A DNA stretch of 64,000 nucleotides from Vitrella brassicaformis CCMP3155 (lineage: Eukaryota > Protista > Chromerida). Below, in pieces: positions 1 to 12,354 of the stretch (its first letter is position 1; the number at the start of each line of letters is the position of its first letter). A program made the position numbers and the translations under genes. The DNA lies in contig CDMY01000490.1 in assembly GCA_001179505.1 (NCBI GenBank), positions 1 through 64,000 of the forward strand. The letters are read 5' to 3'. The notes under the pieces are model-generated. The model was given only the letters and a program-made list of their open reading frames with translations, made no database searches and was not told the DNA's origin.

Positions 1-447
1 GCACGACGATGTGTCACTCACTGCAGGTGGGTGCACAAGCAAGCAGCAGTCGGGCAGGTGTGTGTGTCTGTGTGACTGACTTTCGTGTGCGGTGTCATTC
101 ATTCGTGTGTAGGTGTGCGTGTGCCTGGCATCGGTGCGTCTGTGCGGCCGTCTGTCCACTTGTCGAGGAGAGAGGCGCGCATGAAGGTACCTACGTCCAT
201 GTCCATGCTGTCGCAACTGAGGCAGGCAAAGCGGTGCCTGCGTGTCTGTGTGTGCGCGTGCGTGTGGTGTGTGTGTTGGTTGTGCTCGGCAGGTGTCGCT
301 GTCTATGTCGCTGGCGACGAGCGCAGAGGAGAGGCACCGAGTTGGTGGGCAAACAAGCACACACACGTGTGGATGAAGATGCGCGCACAGACCCCTCACA
401 CACGCCGCTCTGTCGCTGTGTGCATGTGTCTGTCTGATCTCGTCAGT

Positions 448-1270
448 GGATCTGTCCTTCCTGGACCTGATTGGGCGGAAGAGGCAGCTCTCCAGCAACC
501 AAGACGCACGGTAGGTACCATGCTCACCTGCGCATGCCATCCACCAACCCACACACACGTGTGTTGTGTGCATGTGTCGATTCGATTCAATCCATTCATC
601 CGCCAGGCTTCACGTGATTCTGTTGAATCGGCCGCTGCCCGACTGCGTGCCCGCGCTCATGCGCCTCTCCACCATTGTCGTGTGCGCGGACGGCGGCGCA
701 AACCGCCTGTACGATCAGGTGCGTGGCCATTATCCTCACACACACATCTGTCTGTCTGTCTGTTTGAATGTGCCTCGCCTCTCTCTCTTTCTCTTGCTTT
801 CTGTCAGTTCACTCGTGAGCACGAGGCGCGCATCAACGGCAAGCAGAAGAGCGACAACGGGCACGATGACAGCACCCCGCTAGAAAGGTGTGGTTGGCAC
901 ATTGATGGACACCGCGCACTGAGCTGATGGATGGTGCAACAATGCACTTTATGGATGCATGTGTGTAGGATCGACGAGGCGGCGATACCTCAGCCGGCAA
1001 GGTCCATGTCCGTGCCAGCCATCAAACACAAAAGGTGCTCACGCGGTTCCTGTGCATTCTTGAGTTCATACGGCGCATGTGGGTGGTGCATGTGCCTTCT
1101 GATACGAGACGCGTGTGAATGCATGTGTGTTTCAGGGATGGCAGCAGGTGCGAACACGCCGGTCGGCTGTCGCTCATACGGAGGGCCACAAGACGGCCGT
1201 CGATGATGTCACTCGCTGGTGGGTATTGTAATATACACACAGCAGGCATAGCGGTTGTGGCGCATGTGTC

Positions 1271-1301
<31 letters not shown>

Positions 1302-2655
1302 CGACGAATCAGCGTTTGTCGGTCCTGACGAGCCGCTGCTTCTGCCGTCGCACATATGTGGCGACCTCGACTCTGTCAGGCCAGACGTACGCACCACCTC
1401 TCTCTCACGCGAAGCCCAGCTCTGAACATGCATTCAGCCATCGACCCATCTTTCAGGTGTTGGAGTACTTCAAGGATCGGGAGGTGTCGATACTGCACGA
1501 CCGGGACCAGGACACTAACGACCTCGAGAAATGCTTCCAGTTCGTCAGGTAGGTCTCACACTCACCCACACACACACATCCATCCATGCATCCATCCATC
1601 CGTGTGTCTGTATGTGTGTGTCTGTGTCTGTGCAACACAGGTCTGAGTTCCAGACGGGCGATAAGGTGGTGGTTGTCGGGGCTTTTGGTGGGCGATTTGA
1701 CCAGGTGGGGTGACCTCATTTATCGGGTGGGGGGTACACCCAGGAAGAGCAGACCAACATGTGTGTGTTTGTGCTTGTGTGTGTGTGTGTGTGAGACGAT
1801 CTGCAACTGCCACCTTTTGTACAAGAATTGGGTGCAGCTCGAGCATGNNNNNNNNNNNNNNNNNNNNNNNNNNNNNNNNNNNNNNNNNNNNNNNNNNNNN
1901 NNNNNNNNNNNNNNNNNNNNNNNNNNNNNNNNNNNNNNNNNNNNNNNNNNNNNNNNNNNNNNNNNNNNNNNNNNNNNNNNNNNNNNNNNNNNNNNNNNNN
2001 NNNNNNNNNNNNNNNNNNNNNNNNNNNNNNNNNNNNNNNNNNNNNNNNNNNNNNNNNNNNNNNNNNNNNNNNNNNNNNNNNNNNNNNNNNNNNNNNNNNN
2101 NNNNNNNNNNNNNNNNNNNNNNNNNNNNNNNNNNNNNNNNNNNNNNNGGAGGGGGGGAGGTCGGTACATTCAGACGTGGCCATCCATGTGTACGTATGTG
2201 TGTGTCTGCGTGTGGTTGCTCCCGCAGGCAACGAGAGTCGGTCTGTCCACACAGAGGGCTTTCGGTGGAACATCCGCGTACGAAGTGAATGCACTCATCC
2301 ACACACACACACACACACACGCGTCTCCCTCCCTACCCAATGTGATGCTACGACGTCTGCACATGCATCATACGCAGGGTTCGTCCCTCAGCATGACCTC
2401 CCAGCTGTCTTCGTCCAACCAAGTGCAGACCACGCCCGTCGAAGTCACCACCACCGAACCTTTACTCTGGTAAGTCCAGTTGAGGGATATCAGCCACCCA
2501 CCCCACTGTGTGTGTGTGTGTGTGTGTGTGTTTCTATGCACAGGTATAGCGAGGTGCTGGACAAGAAGATGGACGAGCCGAGCCCCGAGAAGACGCCGAT
2601 CAGCGAGGCCTCACCAATCACGAGACGCATGGCAACACTCCCCCCCAAACTCTGA
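448..2655 (+). CDS. TPK1: Thiamine pyrophosphokinase (multi-exon; 5' exons uncertain and may extend to the window start; at least part lies in the gap 1848-2147)
   Basis: Exons encode VILLNRPLP...VCADGGANRLYDQ, PSHICGDLDSVRP, HDRDQDTNDLEKCF, VVVGAFGGRFDQ, TEGFRWNI and SMTSQLSSSNQV...TTEPLLW, all TPK-family motifs, flanked by GT-AG sites. Stop at 2655. Confidence 0.9.
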
Positions 2656-2974
2656 TGGACTGATGGGTGGGTATCATATGGGTGCACTCGGTACAGTCCA
2701 TGTGTGTGGGTGAGTGAGGGGGATCGATGGGTGTTCAGTTTTGTTGATTGCAATGGGACCATCTGTATGTTGATCTGTCTGTTGATCTGTCTGTCTGTCT
2801 GTCTGTCCATCTATGTATGGCTTTTCCCGGTAGTAGGGGCGTGTGCATGTGGGCGATGGAAGCGTAGCGTGTCGCTGGCTGCGTGTTTTTCCGTGTCCAT
2901 GATTGTAGACACACCTAGCTATGGTTGTTTGATAGCGATCAATGCAATACCTTCCCGTCTGTGTCTTGCCGTTG

Positions 2975-5453
2975 TCAGCCGCTCGAGTCACTGTCAAAGA
3001 TGCATGTGCGTGTCTCCTCCGCCACTCGCTGCATCATCCACACCATCCATGCCTGTCTGTCTGTGTCTGTCCATCGGTCTACGCCTCTTGTGTCGGCCAG
3101 GGGGCGCAGACTGCGTGTCGCGGATAGAACGAGACCAAGCTGTGCACACACACACACACACACAGTGCAAGAGATGGATTGCCCACTGAGCCCTCTGGTC
3201 AAATACCCACTTGTGGAGTGCGTCGATTTGCTGCCTCACTGGCAACGCTGATGACGCCCCACGCAGCTTCGACGACGGAGAAGCGCCAAGACGCACCAAT
3301 CCAACCACCACCTGACACCGACGCACAGGACATGCCCCCGTCTATTTGTGTTTGTCTGTGTGCGTACTGCCAATGTCGCTGTCGTGTGCAGGAGTCTGCC
3401 TGGGGTGCATCTTGACCACAAGTGCATCGTCACTGGTCAAAGACATGTGCACACACACCGGGGAAAGATGGATTGATGGCTGTAGCATCGGTCTGTCTGA
3501 CTCGTTCACCGACCGCGTGAGTGTTTTGTATGTCGCGAGCAGGTCGGCCAACTCGACGCCATTCGTCAGGTACGCCAAGGCCAAATCGCGACGGCGGAAA
3601 GAGTAGCTGTGCGAGGCGATCTCAGACCAATGCCTTGGCGTCCACGACACATAAAGCAGAGAGAGAGAGAGAGAGATGGATGGAGACATGACGCCCGCTT
3701 GTGTGTTTGTGTCTGTGCTGACTACCTGTTGGTCATTTGGTTGAGGTTTGTGTCTGTCTGCTCCTGCATGATGGCCCCCTTCAACGCGTCTGTCCACTGC
3801 TGCAGCTCTGTGTCGTCCGTCGAAGCGATCCGCTTCCCCACACCAGCCAACACTTCACCTGAACACACACACGCACACACACATTTGTGTGCGCAGGGTG
3901 TCGTAGAGAGACTGGTGCACGAGCTGGGAGAGGATGCTCAGGTGAACAGCTTCCTCGATGGACGGCGTGGGGTACTGATAGACCAGCAGGCTTGCTCCAT
4001 TGACGTCGTCTGCATTTCGATGAGACATGAATGTATCCCCATTGACAAGTGTGTGTCAGGCAGACACTGCTTGTCGCGTGTGTGTGTATGTGTGTGTGTA
4101 TGTGACCTGCCTTTGACTGAACGAAACGTCTGAGACGTCGATCTGTTGGGAGAGCCTCATCCGCATATACGCACACGCACACGCATGAGATGGCATCTTG
4201 AGTAGTAAGTTGGCATCACATCACACGAGTCAGTCGCCCATCAGAGTCACGTTCACACATTCACACGCGTTGGCTGGCACAGCCCCCAGAGTCCGTCAGA
4301 GAGGCCGCACACACATGGGCGAAGAGGGAGGTAAGGTGGGGTCAGAAGGTAGGTCGGTAGAACGGAGGCTAGATAGCATAGCTGCCTTTGCAAAGCCATT
4401 GTGTGTGTGTGTGGGGAGGGGGGGAGGGGTGAGAGGGGGGGAGGGTGTAGGCCACTCAGTGCCTGCCTGACTTTGTGGAAACGGAGTGAGAGAAGAAGCA
4501 TGCTGTGCCTGCGCACTGCACGCACACGACAACCGTGCAAAGACAGGACAGCTCTCCCTGCCTTTGCTGAGCCGTCTACACTTCGTAGGGAAGAAAAGCC
4601 AGACCGATCAGCACTTGTCTGTAGGGAACTCGCCAGGTACGTGACAGCACTCGTGTCTTCATACGCGAAACGGGACCTTGGGTCGCCACTTGGTGGCGAT
4701 TCGATTCAGTTGCTCTTTCGTCTCGTCCGCCCTGGCCTGCTGGGCCATCGTCGTCTTCAGGTACCTCGGCTCACGTCGCGGCGGTGGCAGCATGAAGGCG
4801 GCCGGCGCACCACCTCCATTGGGCTGCCCCTGACCCTGACCCTGCTGCTGCTGGAAAGCCCCCATCACAGCATCGCCGCCCTGTCCCTGCCCTCCATTGC
4901 CTCTCTTGGGCGTCTCAATGGAGGGCAGGGAGAGGTTGGCGGTCCAACGCTCAATCAGCCACTCTATCTCCTCTTCAAGTGTCAGGGTGGGAACTGGTGG
5001 CGCTTGGCGCTGGGGGCGTGGGAAGCAGCCGACGGGAGGCGGGATGGAGAAGCCGTCCGGGTTGGGGCCGAACCCCGTCAGCACGACGGGTGGCGGGGAG
5101 TAGCCGGGTGTGGGTGAAGGCCACTCGAGGGGCTCGAAGGGGTTGTCTTCCTCTTCCTCATCATCACTCGATTCCTCATCAAATCCCGACCACCGTGGCG
5201 GCGTCGGCGCGCGAGGCCGGGCCGGCGGCGGCAGCGGAGCCAAATCTGAGGATTGCAAGCAGACGAGACGAAGCCACACGGATCCAGTGACTTGTTAGTC
5301 AGCATATGCATGCATGCATATGACCCGTCGTGCTGCCTTCCTTTCCTCACCTTCCGAGTTGATGAGGGACCTCTCTGCCTCTCTCCCTTCCCCGCCAAGC
5401 TCCCCTTGCACTGCCCTCGTCCCCGCGTTGCTGAAGAACCGCTCGAAATCCAT
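2975..5453 (-). CDS. Multi-exon gene with a Pro-rich N-terminal region and a peptidase M16A (insulinase-like) C-terminal fragment; possibly a pseudogene or chimera
   Basis: Exon 5453-5351 splices in frame to the Pro/acidic ORF (5247-~4680). Downstream exons encode DDVNGASLLVYQY...SILSQLVHQSLYDTLRTQ and RHWSEIASHSYSFRRRDLALAYL, resembling IDE domains 3-4. No HXXEH motif was seen. Linkage of the two halves is inferred. Confidence 0.55.
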
Positions 5454-5614
5454 ATCGGCGGCAGCCGGTATCAGAACCAATCGGAAAGACAGAAATTAAA
5501 GCTGTTCGGTTGTGGATTCAACAACGACGACAATGCAACGTCTGCTGCTCTCGATTTGCACTGCCGCTTCTTCTTCGAAAGTCGTGCAGCTCGCAAATAA
5601 GCTCGCAGCTCTGA

Positions 5615-6737
5615 ATGAACGTGAAGGCGGCAATTCGCAGGCTGCCAGGCCTCTCGAGGTGCGGCACATTCGCTGTGTGGCAAAATGCATCCACATCAAG
5701 GGCAGCTGGTGAGTTACACAGGATGCAGCCAGATCTGGGCATCTGCATTCATCGAACATGCTCTCTGGTGTGGATCTGTTGTTCTGCAGATGCCCATACT
5801 CCGAGTGGCTCATCGTCGCTGACTCACGTGGCATCGGATGATGGCAAGGCGCAGATGGTCGATGTGTCGGTACCCAATGCTCACACACAAATTGCCGGAA
5901 CACAGAGCATGGCACGGCCTATCTGTTCGCTGGTGTGTGTGTGTCTGATGTGTGTGTGTGTGTGTGTGTGTTGCAGGGCAAGGTGCCGACACGGCGCACC
6001 GCCATTGCAGGGTCCCGTGTGCTGCTGGGCCAGGAGGTGTTCCGGCTTGTGCAGGAAAACCTCATAAAGAAAGGCAAGCTGAGCTGATAGACCACTCCCT
6101 CCTCCCTTCCAGCCAGTGAGTGCCGCCGTGCCGTATGTGTGTGTAAGTATGTTGGTTACGTCGCTTGCAGGCGATGTGCTGACCACTGCCAAACTGGCCG
6201 GCATCATGGGCAGCAAGAGGACCGCCGACCTGGTCAGCCAGCCTCCCAAACCATGAGCGGTGCTGTGCTGAATTCTGCATTAATTCTCTTGGTTGGTGTG
6301 TGCGGTGCAGATCCCCCTGTGCCACCCTCTCTCTCTATCTCACGTCGATGTGTCCCTCACACTCGATGCCAATGACCATGCAGTGGACATCCGGGCTGAG
6401 GCCACCACTGTGCATACGACTGGCGTCGGTAAGTGAGCTGAGCTGGAAGGAAGGCACACAGACGACACACCAGGCATTAACTGCATTGCGTGTTCTCTTC
6501 TGGCAGAGATGGAAGCACTGACTGCTGCCTCGGTGGCGGCTCTCACTGGTGAGCTCCCCACATGGGCAACCGATGCATCTGTCTGTCTATCCCTGTGTCT
6601 GTCTGAATGGTTCATGCCATGCAGTCTATGATATGTGCAAGTCGGCGTCCAAGGCCCTCGTCATCACTCATGTCCGCCTCCTCGAGAAGACAGGAGGCAA
6701 AAGCGGACACTTTATTGCGGGGCGAGAGCCGGGATGA
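5615..6737 (+). CDS. moaC: Cyclic pyranopterin monophosphate synthase (MoaC/MOCS1B) with a mitochondrial-type presequence
   Basis: Exons encode [69 protein letters not shown] and [12 protein letters not shown]. One GC-AG intron starts at 6074. Confidence 0.95.
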
Positions 6738-6946
6738 GATGAGTGTGTGTAGGGCTGGCTGCCCTTTCGTGTAGTCAGTGAGTGCATGGCAGGCAGACTG
6801 CGAAAGGGCTGGCTGGGTTGCGACAGACAGCAATGCGATCGATCGGTTGATTGCATCCGATGGACAGCCCGTCTCCCTCTTGAATCAAGTCACTACGCGC
6901 CATGTGCCTATCCGCCACCCATTTACCCCTCGCCCAACCATGGAAT

Positions 6947-9147
6947 CTATCGGTCCACAAACAGAATCCCACCAGTAGGCATGGCCACTTGCCCTCCGAA
7001 CACCATGACCGGAGGCATGAGTGTCATGCTCTCTTCCGAATATGCAGGCGGAGTCGCCGGAGGGCCTGCCGTGCTCGTCGGTGACGCAGAAGAGGGAGGC
7101 GCTTGCGGTGTGGTCGATGACGCCTCCATGCCCATCGGCCCGCCTGTTTCCTCGCCCCCAATCGGCTCTCCTGTACTAGAAGTGCTTGCGACGCCTTCCA
7201 TGGGAGCAGCGGTGGATGACGTTGTCTCGTCCCCCTCCACTGGTACAGGGGTCGGTGTGGTTGTCGCCTCGCCCTCGAGCGGCTCGGCAGTGCTACTGCT
7301 GGTGAGCTCGCCTTGCAGTGGCTCGGGAGTGCCAGTGGTGGTGGGTCTGAACCCCAGCATCTTTGCTGCATAAGGGGGTGGCGTGAAAGTCGTCACGTGG
7401 GGAGGGGGGAGCCGAGGGGGTGGGGTGGAAGTCGTGGCCTCGCCAATGAGAGGCCGTGGGCTGGGAGAGGTGGAAACCACAAGATCAGCCGTCGGCAAAA
7501 GAGTCGTCGATGTCGTTGTGTTGAGCAATTCTGGCTCCACCCCACAATTCAGTGTTGGCGCCGTCGGGATCGGCGATAGCGCTTCTGCTTGCGGCGGACC
7601 GGAAGGCCCAAATGCCGGGGGGAAGTCACTCGGCATGACAGTGGGGGGCCGATAAGATGCTGGCGGGAAGTCCGTCGCTTGCTTGTTTTGCGCCATCTCG
7701 TTCTCACTGGTGGTGGGTGATGTCTCGGGGTATGCCTGGATGGGGTGAGCAGCAGGAGGTGGCACAGGCTCCCCGCTGGCCACCTGACAAGACAACCGTC
7801 ACACCTTGAGCACATGGAACACTCATTCTCGAGACAGACCCACCGGCTGTGTGGGCTGCCACGGGGTGCCAGGGATGGGGAACGGGGGAGACATGGGGCC
7901 GTTAGGCGACAAAGGGGGACCGCCCGCATACGGGACAGGGGGCCCCTAGCAACCATACACAGGGCAATGGTACATCTTCGCAGCAGTCGTTGCGTACCAT
8001 CGGTGTCCCCGGCATCGGTGGAGGGAAATAGGGGGGACCCTGCCGACCGGCCCAAAATGAAAATGCACTTATGGATGGATGCCTTTCTCTCCGGCCACTT
8101 ACCATCGGCTGCATTGGTGGAGGGCCACTCGCATTGGATGACGGCCCACCACCAGACGCATTGAATGGCACCTGCAGTGTTGCAACCATGATTCCACCCG
8201 CCCGACGCCGTCATTACTCTGTGTCGCCTCACCATTGGCCCTCCGTATGAGCCATTGTAGATCGGCGGCTGATTGATGGCAGGGTAAGGGGGGGGAGCCT
8301 GAACCATGCATCCAACATGTGATCGATCCGTCTTATCCATCATTGCTCTCTCCACTGACCATTGGCACCCCCGGCTCAACCGCGCTGCCGTTTATCGGGA
8401 GAGGCTGGTAGGGCGGGGTGGCATTGTCCGGAGGCATCACGGGTGCCGTGGCGTTGGCGTCGTTTGGTGGCAGGGGGGAGACTGGCGGAAAGTCATCGAC
8501 GATGGTCACACGATAGACGAGGAAGGGCTCTTCTCCTTCGTCAATGCCACTGTTATCCCCGACCGCATTGACTGCACGAAGGAGAAAACAGGGAAGCACA
8601 TATATGATATAGAAGGATGTGTGTTGTGGCTCTCCCTCCCTACTGTACCGCTGCTGTCCGTCCCTCCCTTCAAAGGCCCTTTGGGTGAGCCTCGATGGCG
8701 ATACCTCCGTTTGAGCACACTATGCGCCGGCATTGCCCGTCTGTGTGCCTTCATCACCTGATGAGCGTGGCCTTTCTTGTGGCCGCCAGCCTTCTTCCTC
8801 AGCAGCCGACGAGTCGCCCCGCGGTTCCTCCGCTGACGGCTGCCGGCGAAGCTCTCTTCCCGTCAACTGCTGACGGATCCATAGCGGCGCTGCAAGAGGT
8901 GGGAGCGGCTGGTATGATGCTGCAGCTGATGTGATGCATGGTAGGTCCAGTGGTCCTGCTGATCTCTGCTCACGAGCCTCCTCCGCAGTGCCGTGCTGCC
9001 TTCATGGAGTGAGATCTCGTCTGCATGACTTATCGCGCCGCTGCCGTCCCGTGTGTGGCGTTGGCGTGCAATACCTTGGCTAGATGAAGAGGCGACGCTG
9101 GACGCCAGATGGATCACGAGGATCCATAGAACGCCACAGCCTTCCAT
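6947..9147 (-). CDS. Putative secreted Pro/Ser/Thr-rich (mucin-like) protein; multi-exon, 3' end uncertain
   Basis: Hydrophobic N-terminus MEGCGVLWILVIHLASSVASSSS at 9147. Pro/Thr/Ser-rich ORFs 8333-8599, 7902-8189 and 6947-7795 lie on the same strand with plausible splice sites. Confidence 0.55.
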
Positions 9148-9371
9148 ACTTGGGGTGGAAAACCGGCCTGGCCGCTGGACCTGGCCAAATGGCATGCGAG
9201 CTTGCGAACCTTCCTTGTGCGAGCTTTGCGGTCTTCCGACCGTAGATCACCTTCCCTCCCCATTACCACACAGAGTGACCTGCAGAGACTGCGCATTATC
9301 CATCAAATCGAGCTCATCGCCAGCACGTAGCGTCGAGGTGATTCATCTTGCTCTTGTGTGAGTGAGCAAGC

Positions 9372-11035
9372 ATGGCGTGGCGGTGTCACGGCAATACACA
9401 TCGAGAGCTCATCGACAACCTGCAGAGAGCCGGGTGAGGTGGCACACAAAGGGAGCGCCTTCAGAGATGCGTATCTGGGAGAGACGAGGGATGGTGGCCG
9501 CCGACTCTGTGTGTGCGTGTGTGTGATGGATCAGGCTGCTCCGCACTCCCCGGGTTATCGAAGCCATGAAGAAAATCGACAGAGGTATGCCGAACGGACG
9601 GGGTGCTCAATGCCGCCTTTGTTCTCGTTCGTCTCTCTTTCACCGGGATGTCATGTGCACGTACAGGTCACTTCACGGTAGAGGGTCCCACGTCGGCCAT
9701 GTCCTATCGCGACTCCCCGCAGCCCATCGGCTACAACGCCACCATATCGGCGCCACACGTGGGAAGCCACCCAGACACCCAGTCACGCCCGAGTCCTGAG
9801 TGGTTGTGTTTGCCGTGCCGGCATCTTGTTTGTTACGCCAGATGCATTGCGAGATGATTGAGCTGCTGGAGGGCCACCTGAAAGACGGAGCAGTGGCGCT
9901 CGACGTGGGCAGCGGTCAGTCAGCCTGTCTCAGTCAAGCCAAGACACACGCGACGTGCGAGGACCTTTCTTGCTTGGTGTCGGTGTTTGTCAGGTTCTGG
10001 GTATCTGACGGCTGTCATGGCCGATCTGTGCTCGCCTACAGGTAGAGTAGGTACACACACAAACACACACGAACGAACGCGGCGGATCACGGTGGTGCAT
10101 CCGGCTGCCCGTGTCCGTCCCATGCTTCCTTGTGTGTCAGGCCGCACGTATGGCGTGGAGCACATCCCCGAGCTGGTCGAGATGTCGCAGGCCAATGCCG
10201 AGAAGTCATGCCCACGACTGCTGGCTAGTGGTACGACCGACCAACGACACATGACTTACACATGTCAGCACCAAGCAACCATCCCACCCACCTCATGTGT
10301 GTGTATTGACCTACCTGTCTGTCTGTCTGTCTTCAGGCTGCCTGAAGTTTGTAGTGGCCGACGGGCAGATGGGCCTGCCTGACGCCGAGTGCCGGTCGCT
10401 CAAGCAGGAGGGCAAGGAGATGCCCCTCTTCGACGCCATACACGTGGGGGCTGCCGGTGAGCGGAGCGGGCCAAACACGGGCGAGAGGAGACCCCAGGAG
10501 GCCAAACACGGGCGAGAGGAGACCCCCCGCTGGGTGGATGCACCTCTCTCTCTCTGGCTCTTTCTCTCTTGGTGTGTGTGGGTGTGTGTGTCTGTGTGTG
10601 TGTGTGTGTCAGCTGCTGCGATTCCCGATAGTTTGTTGCACCAGTTGAAGCCGGGGGGTGTGATGGTGATCCCGGTCGGGCCAAAGGGAGGCGACCAGAC
10701 CCTCATGAAAGTGCGTCACACCACCAACATACACAGGCCGGCCGGCACCCCCTGCAAAATGGTGATGTCTGTGTGTCTGGTTGATCAGCTGACCAAGGAC
10801 GCTGCCGGCCGCGTGCATCGCGAGAACATCACTTCGGTCATATTTGTGCCTTTGGTAGAACGAACGGCCGGCCACCACCAACACACTCGGTGTGCCTATG
10901 TCATGTGCTCTCATGGTGTGTGTGTGTGTGTGTGTGTGTCAGACGAGCAAGGAGGCGCAGCTGGCAGACGACAACTCGACTAAAGTGAACCTGCTGAGCC
11001 TAATGCTCTCCTCGCTCAGAGGCCAAGGAGAGTAG
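9372..11035 (+). CDS. PCMT1: Protein-L-isoaspartate O-methyltransferase
   Basis: Exons encode MAWRCHGNTHRELIDNL, VIEAMKKIDR, DSPQPIGYNATISAPHMH, ALDVGSGSGYLTA, PLFDAIHVGAA, QLKPGGVMVIPVGP and FVPLTSKEAQL. Confidence 0.96.
10471..10526 (+). repeat. 31-bp-period tandem duplication in a PCMT1 intron
   Basis: ccaaacacgggcgagaggagacccc occurs twice in tandem. Confidence 0.85.
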
Positions 11036-11582
11036 TTACTACACAGATTGGTGGATGGATGGATGCCTAGAGGCCGATGCGTAGATGAAGGGGCTCTGTC
11101 TGCCTGCCTCTCTGCCTGCCTGTCTGTCTGCCTGCCTGCCTCTCTGTCTGTCTGTCTGTCTGTCTGTCTGTGTACATATAGCAGCGAGTGGACGTGGGCA
11201 TATATCTTTTTGCCGTACGAGTGAGTCGGTCTTTTTCGGTGTGTCGGCGTGTGTGAGAGACGTGACGTGTTTTTCGTTCGTTGCAATGCATCCATGTCCA
11301 GCTGCCGGTGCTTGTTCGGACCGGCGAAGGCGCCTGGCATGGCAACACTGCTGCCAAGGCACCTTCGCCACGCCGACACAAGCACACAGGCAGACGGTCA
11401 GTGAGACCCACGTGTCACGAAAAATCCGCACAACAGACTCTGAGAGTCCGCGAGTCAAAAATCAAGACCGTCCTCCATCCATCGCCATGCACTGACGTCC
11501 AGAATCCCCAGATGCAGTCGCACAACATCCGAAATGACTGGCCGGTAACTATCGTACTCAGCACTCCCCGCCCAGCCGTCGA

Positions 11583-11654
11583 TCTCCGGTAGTATAGTGG
11601 TCAGTATCGCCGCCTGTCACGCGGCAGACCCGGGTTCGATTCCCGGCCGGAGAG
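11583..11654 (+). tRNA. trnD: tRNA-Asp (GTC)
   Basis: Acceptor stem TCTCCGG/CCGGAGA, D-arm AGTATAGTGGTCAGTAT, anticodon arm GCCGC-CTGTCAC-GCGGC, T-arm CCGGG-TTCGATT-CCCGG, discriminator G. Confidence 0.97.
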
Positions 11655-12354
11655 TGTGAACTATTCAACATCCTTTCTGCGGCTTTTCCGGTGTGCATTG
11701 CATTGCCACGTCAGTCAGTTGCGGTCTGTCTTTCCGGTGTGATTTGCATCGCCACATCATCCTTGGCCTTTCCGGTGTCGCTGACTGTCTCTCTCCTTCG
11801 TTCACGGCGGCATTTTGACCCCCGCGGCCCGCCGCCGGGAATGTGTGTTGTGAGTCCTGATCACGTGGATGGCCTGCTACATTTGCCACAGTCCTCCCAG
11901 ATCTGCTAAGCTCGCACAGGAGCTCGCAATTGAACCCGCTTTGGGCGTGGAGTTTAGGAGTCTTGGCTGAATGCCGGTCGTCTCGTCGTCCGAAGGCCCT
12001 GTCGTCATGGTACGCGCACCACACACACAGATGCGCAGTCAGGACGGGCCGATATGGCGGCTCGAGCTGGTGGCGTGAGGCGAGGGAGTCGAGGAGTGCC
12101 GTCTCTTACTTTGCTACGGACGGGCTTATTTATGTCGCGCTAGAGTGATGCAGAAGCTGCCTTTTATCTACTACTATCATCTATTCTCTTGCGAGACTTC
12201 AGCTTTAGCTATTGGCTGCCGAATGATCCCACGCTCTGCTATGTAGTGTGTCTGACTGACTCATCGACTGATTCATACACGACGCACTGTGGCCCTTGTT
12301 ACCTGTCCCTCCCTCCACGCGCGCGCGCGTGTGTGTGTATGTGTGTGTGTGCAG

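Noticed and set aside
3609-4133. Plus-strand exon-like ORF GVVERLVHELGEDAQ
   Set aside because: The minus strand gives clear M16 peptidase motifs and consistent splice sites.
5300-5320. TGCATGCA (known ApiAP2 motif) occurrences
   Set aside because: They are frequent in the low-complexity intron background throughout the window, with no positional enrichment evident by eye.
9289-9468. Initial idea that the 9.3-kb/39.5-kb repeat is a MITE or SINE
   Set aside because: It has no terminal inverted repeats, Pol III boxes or tail, and it corresponds exactly to the PCMT1 5' end, so it is a gene-fragment duplication.
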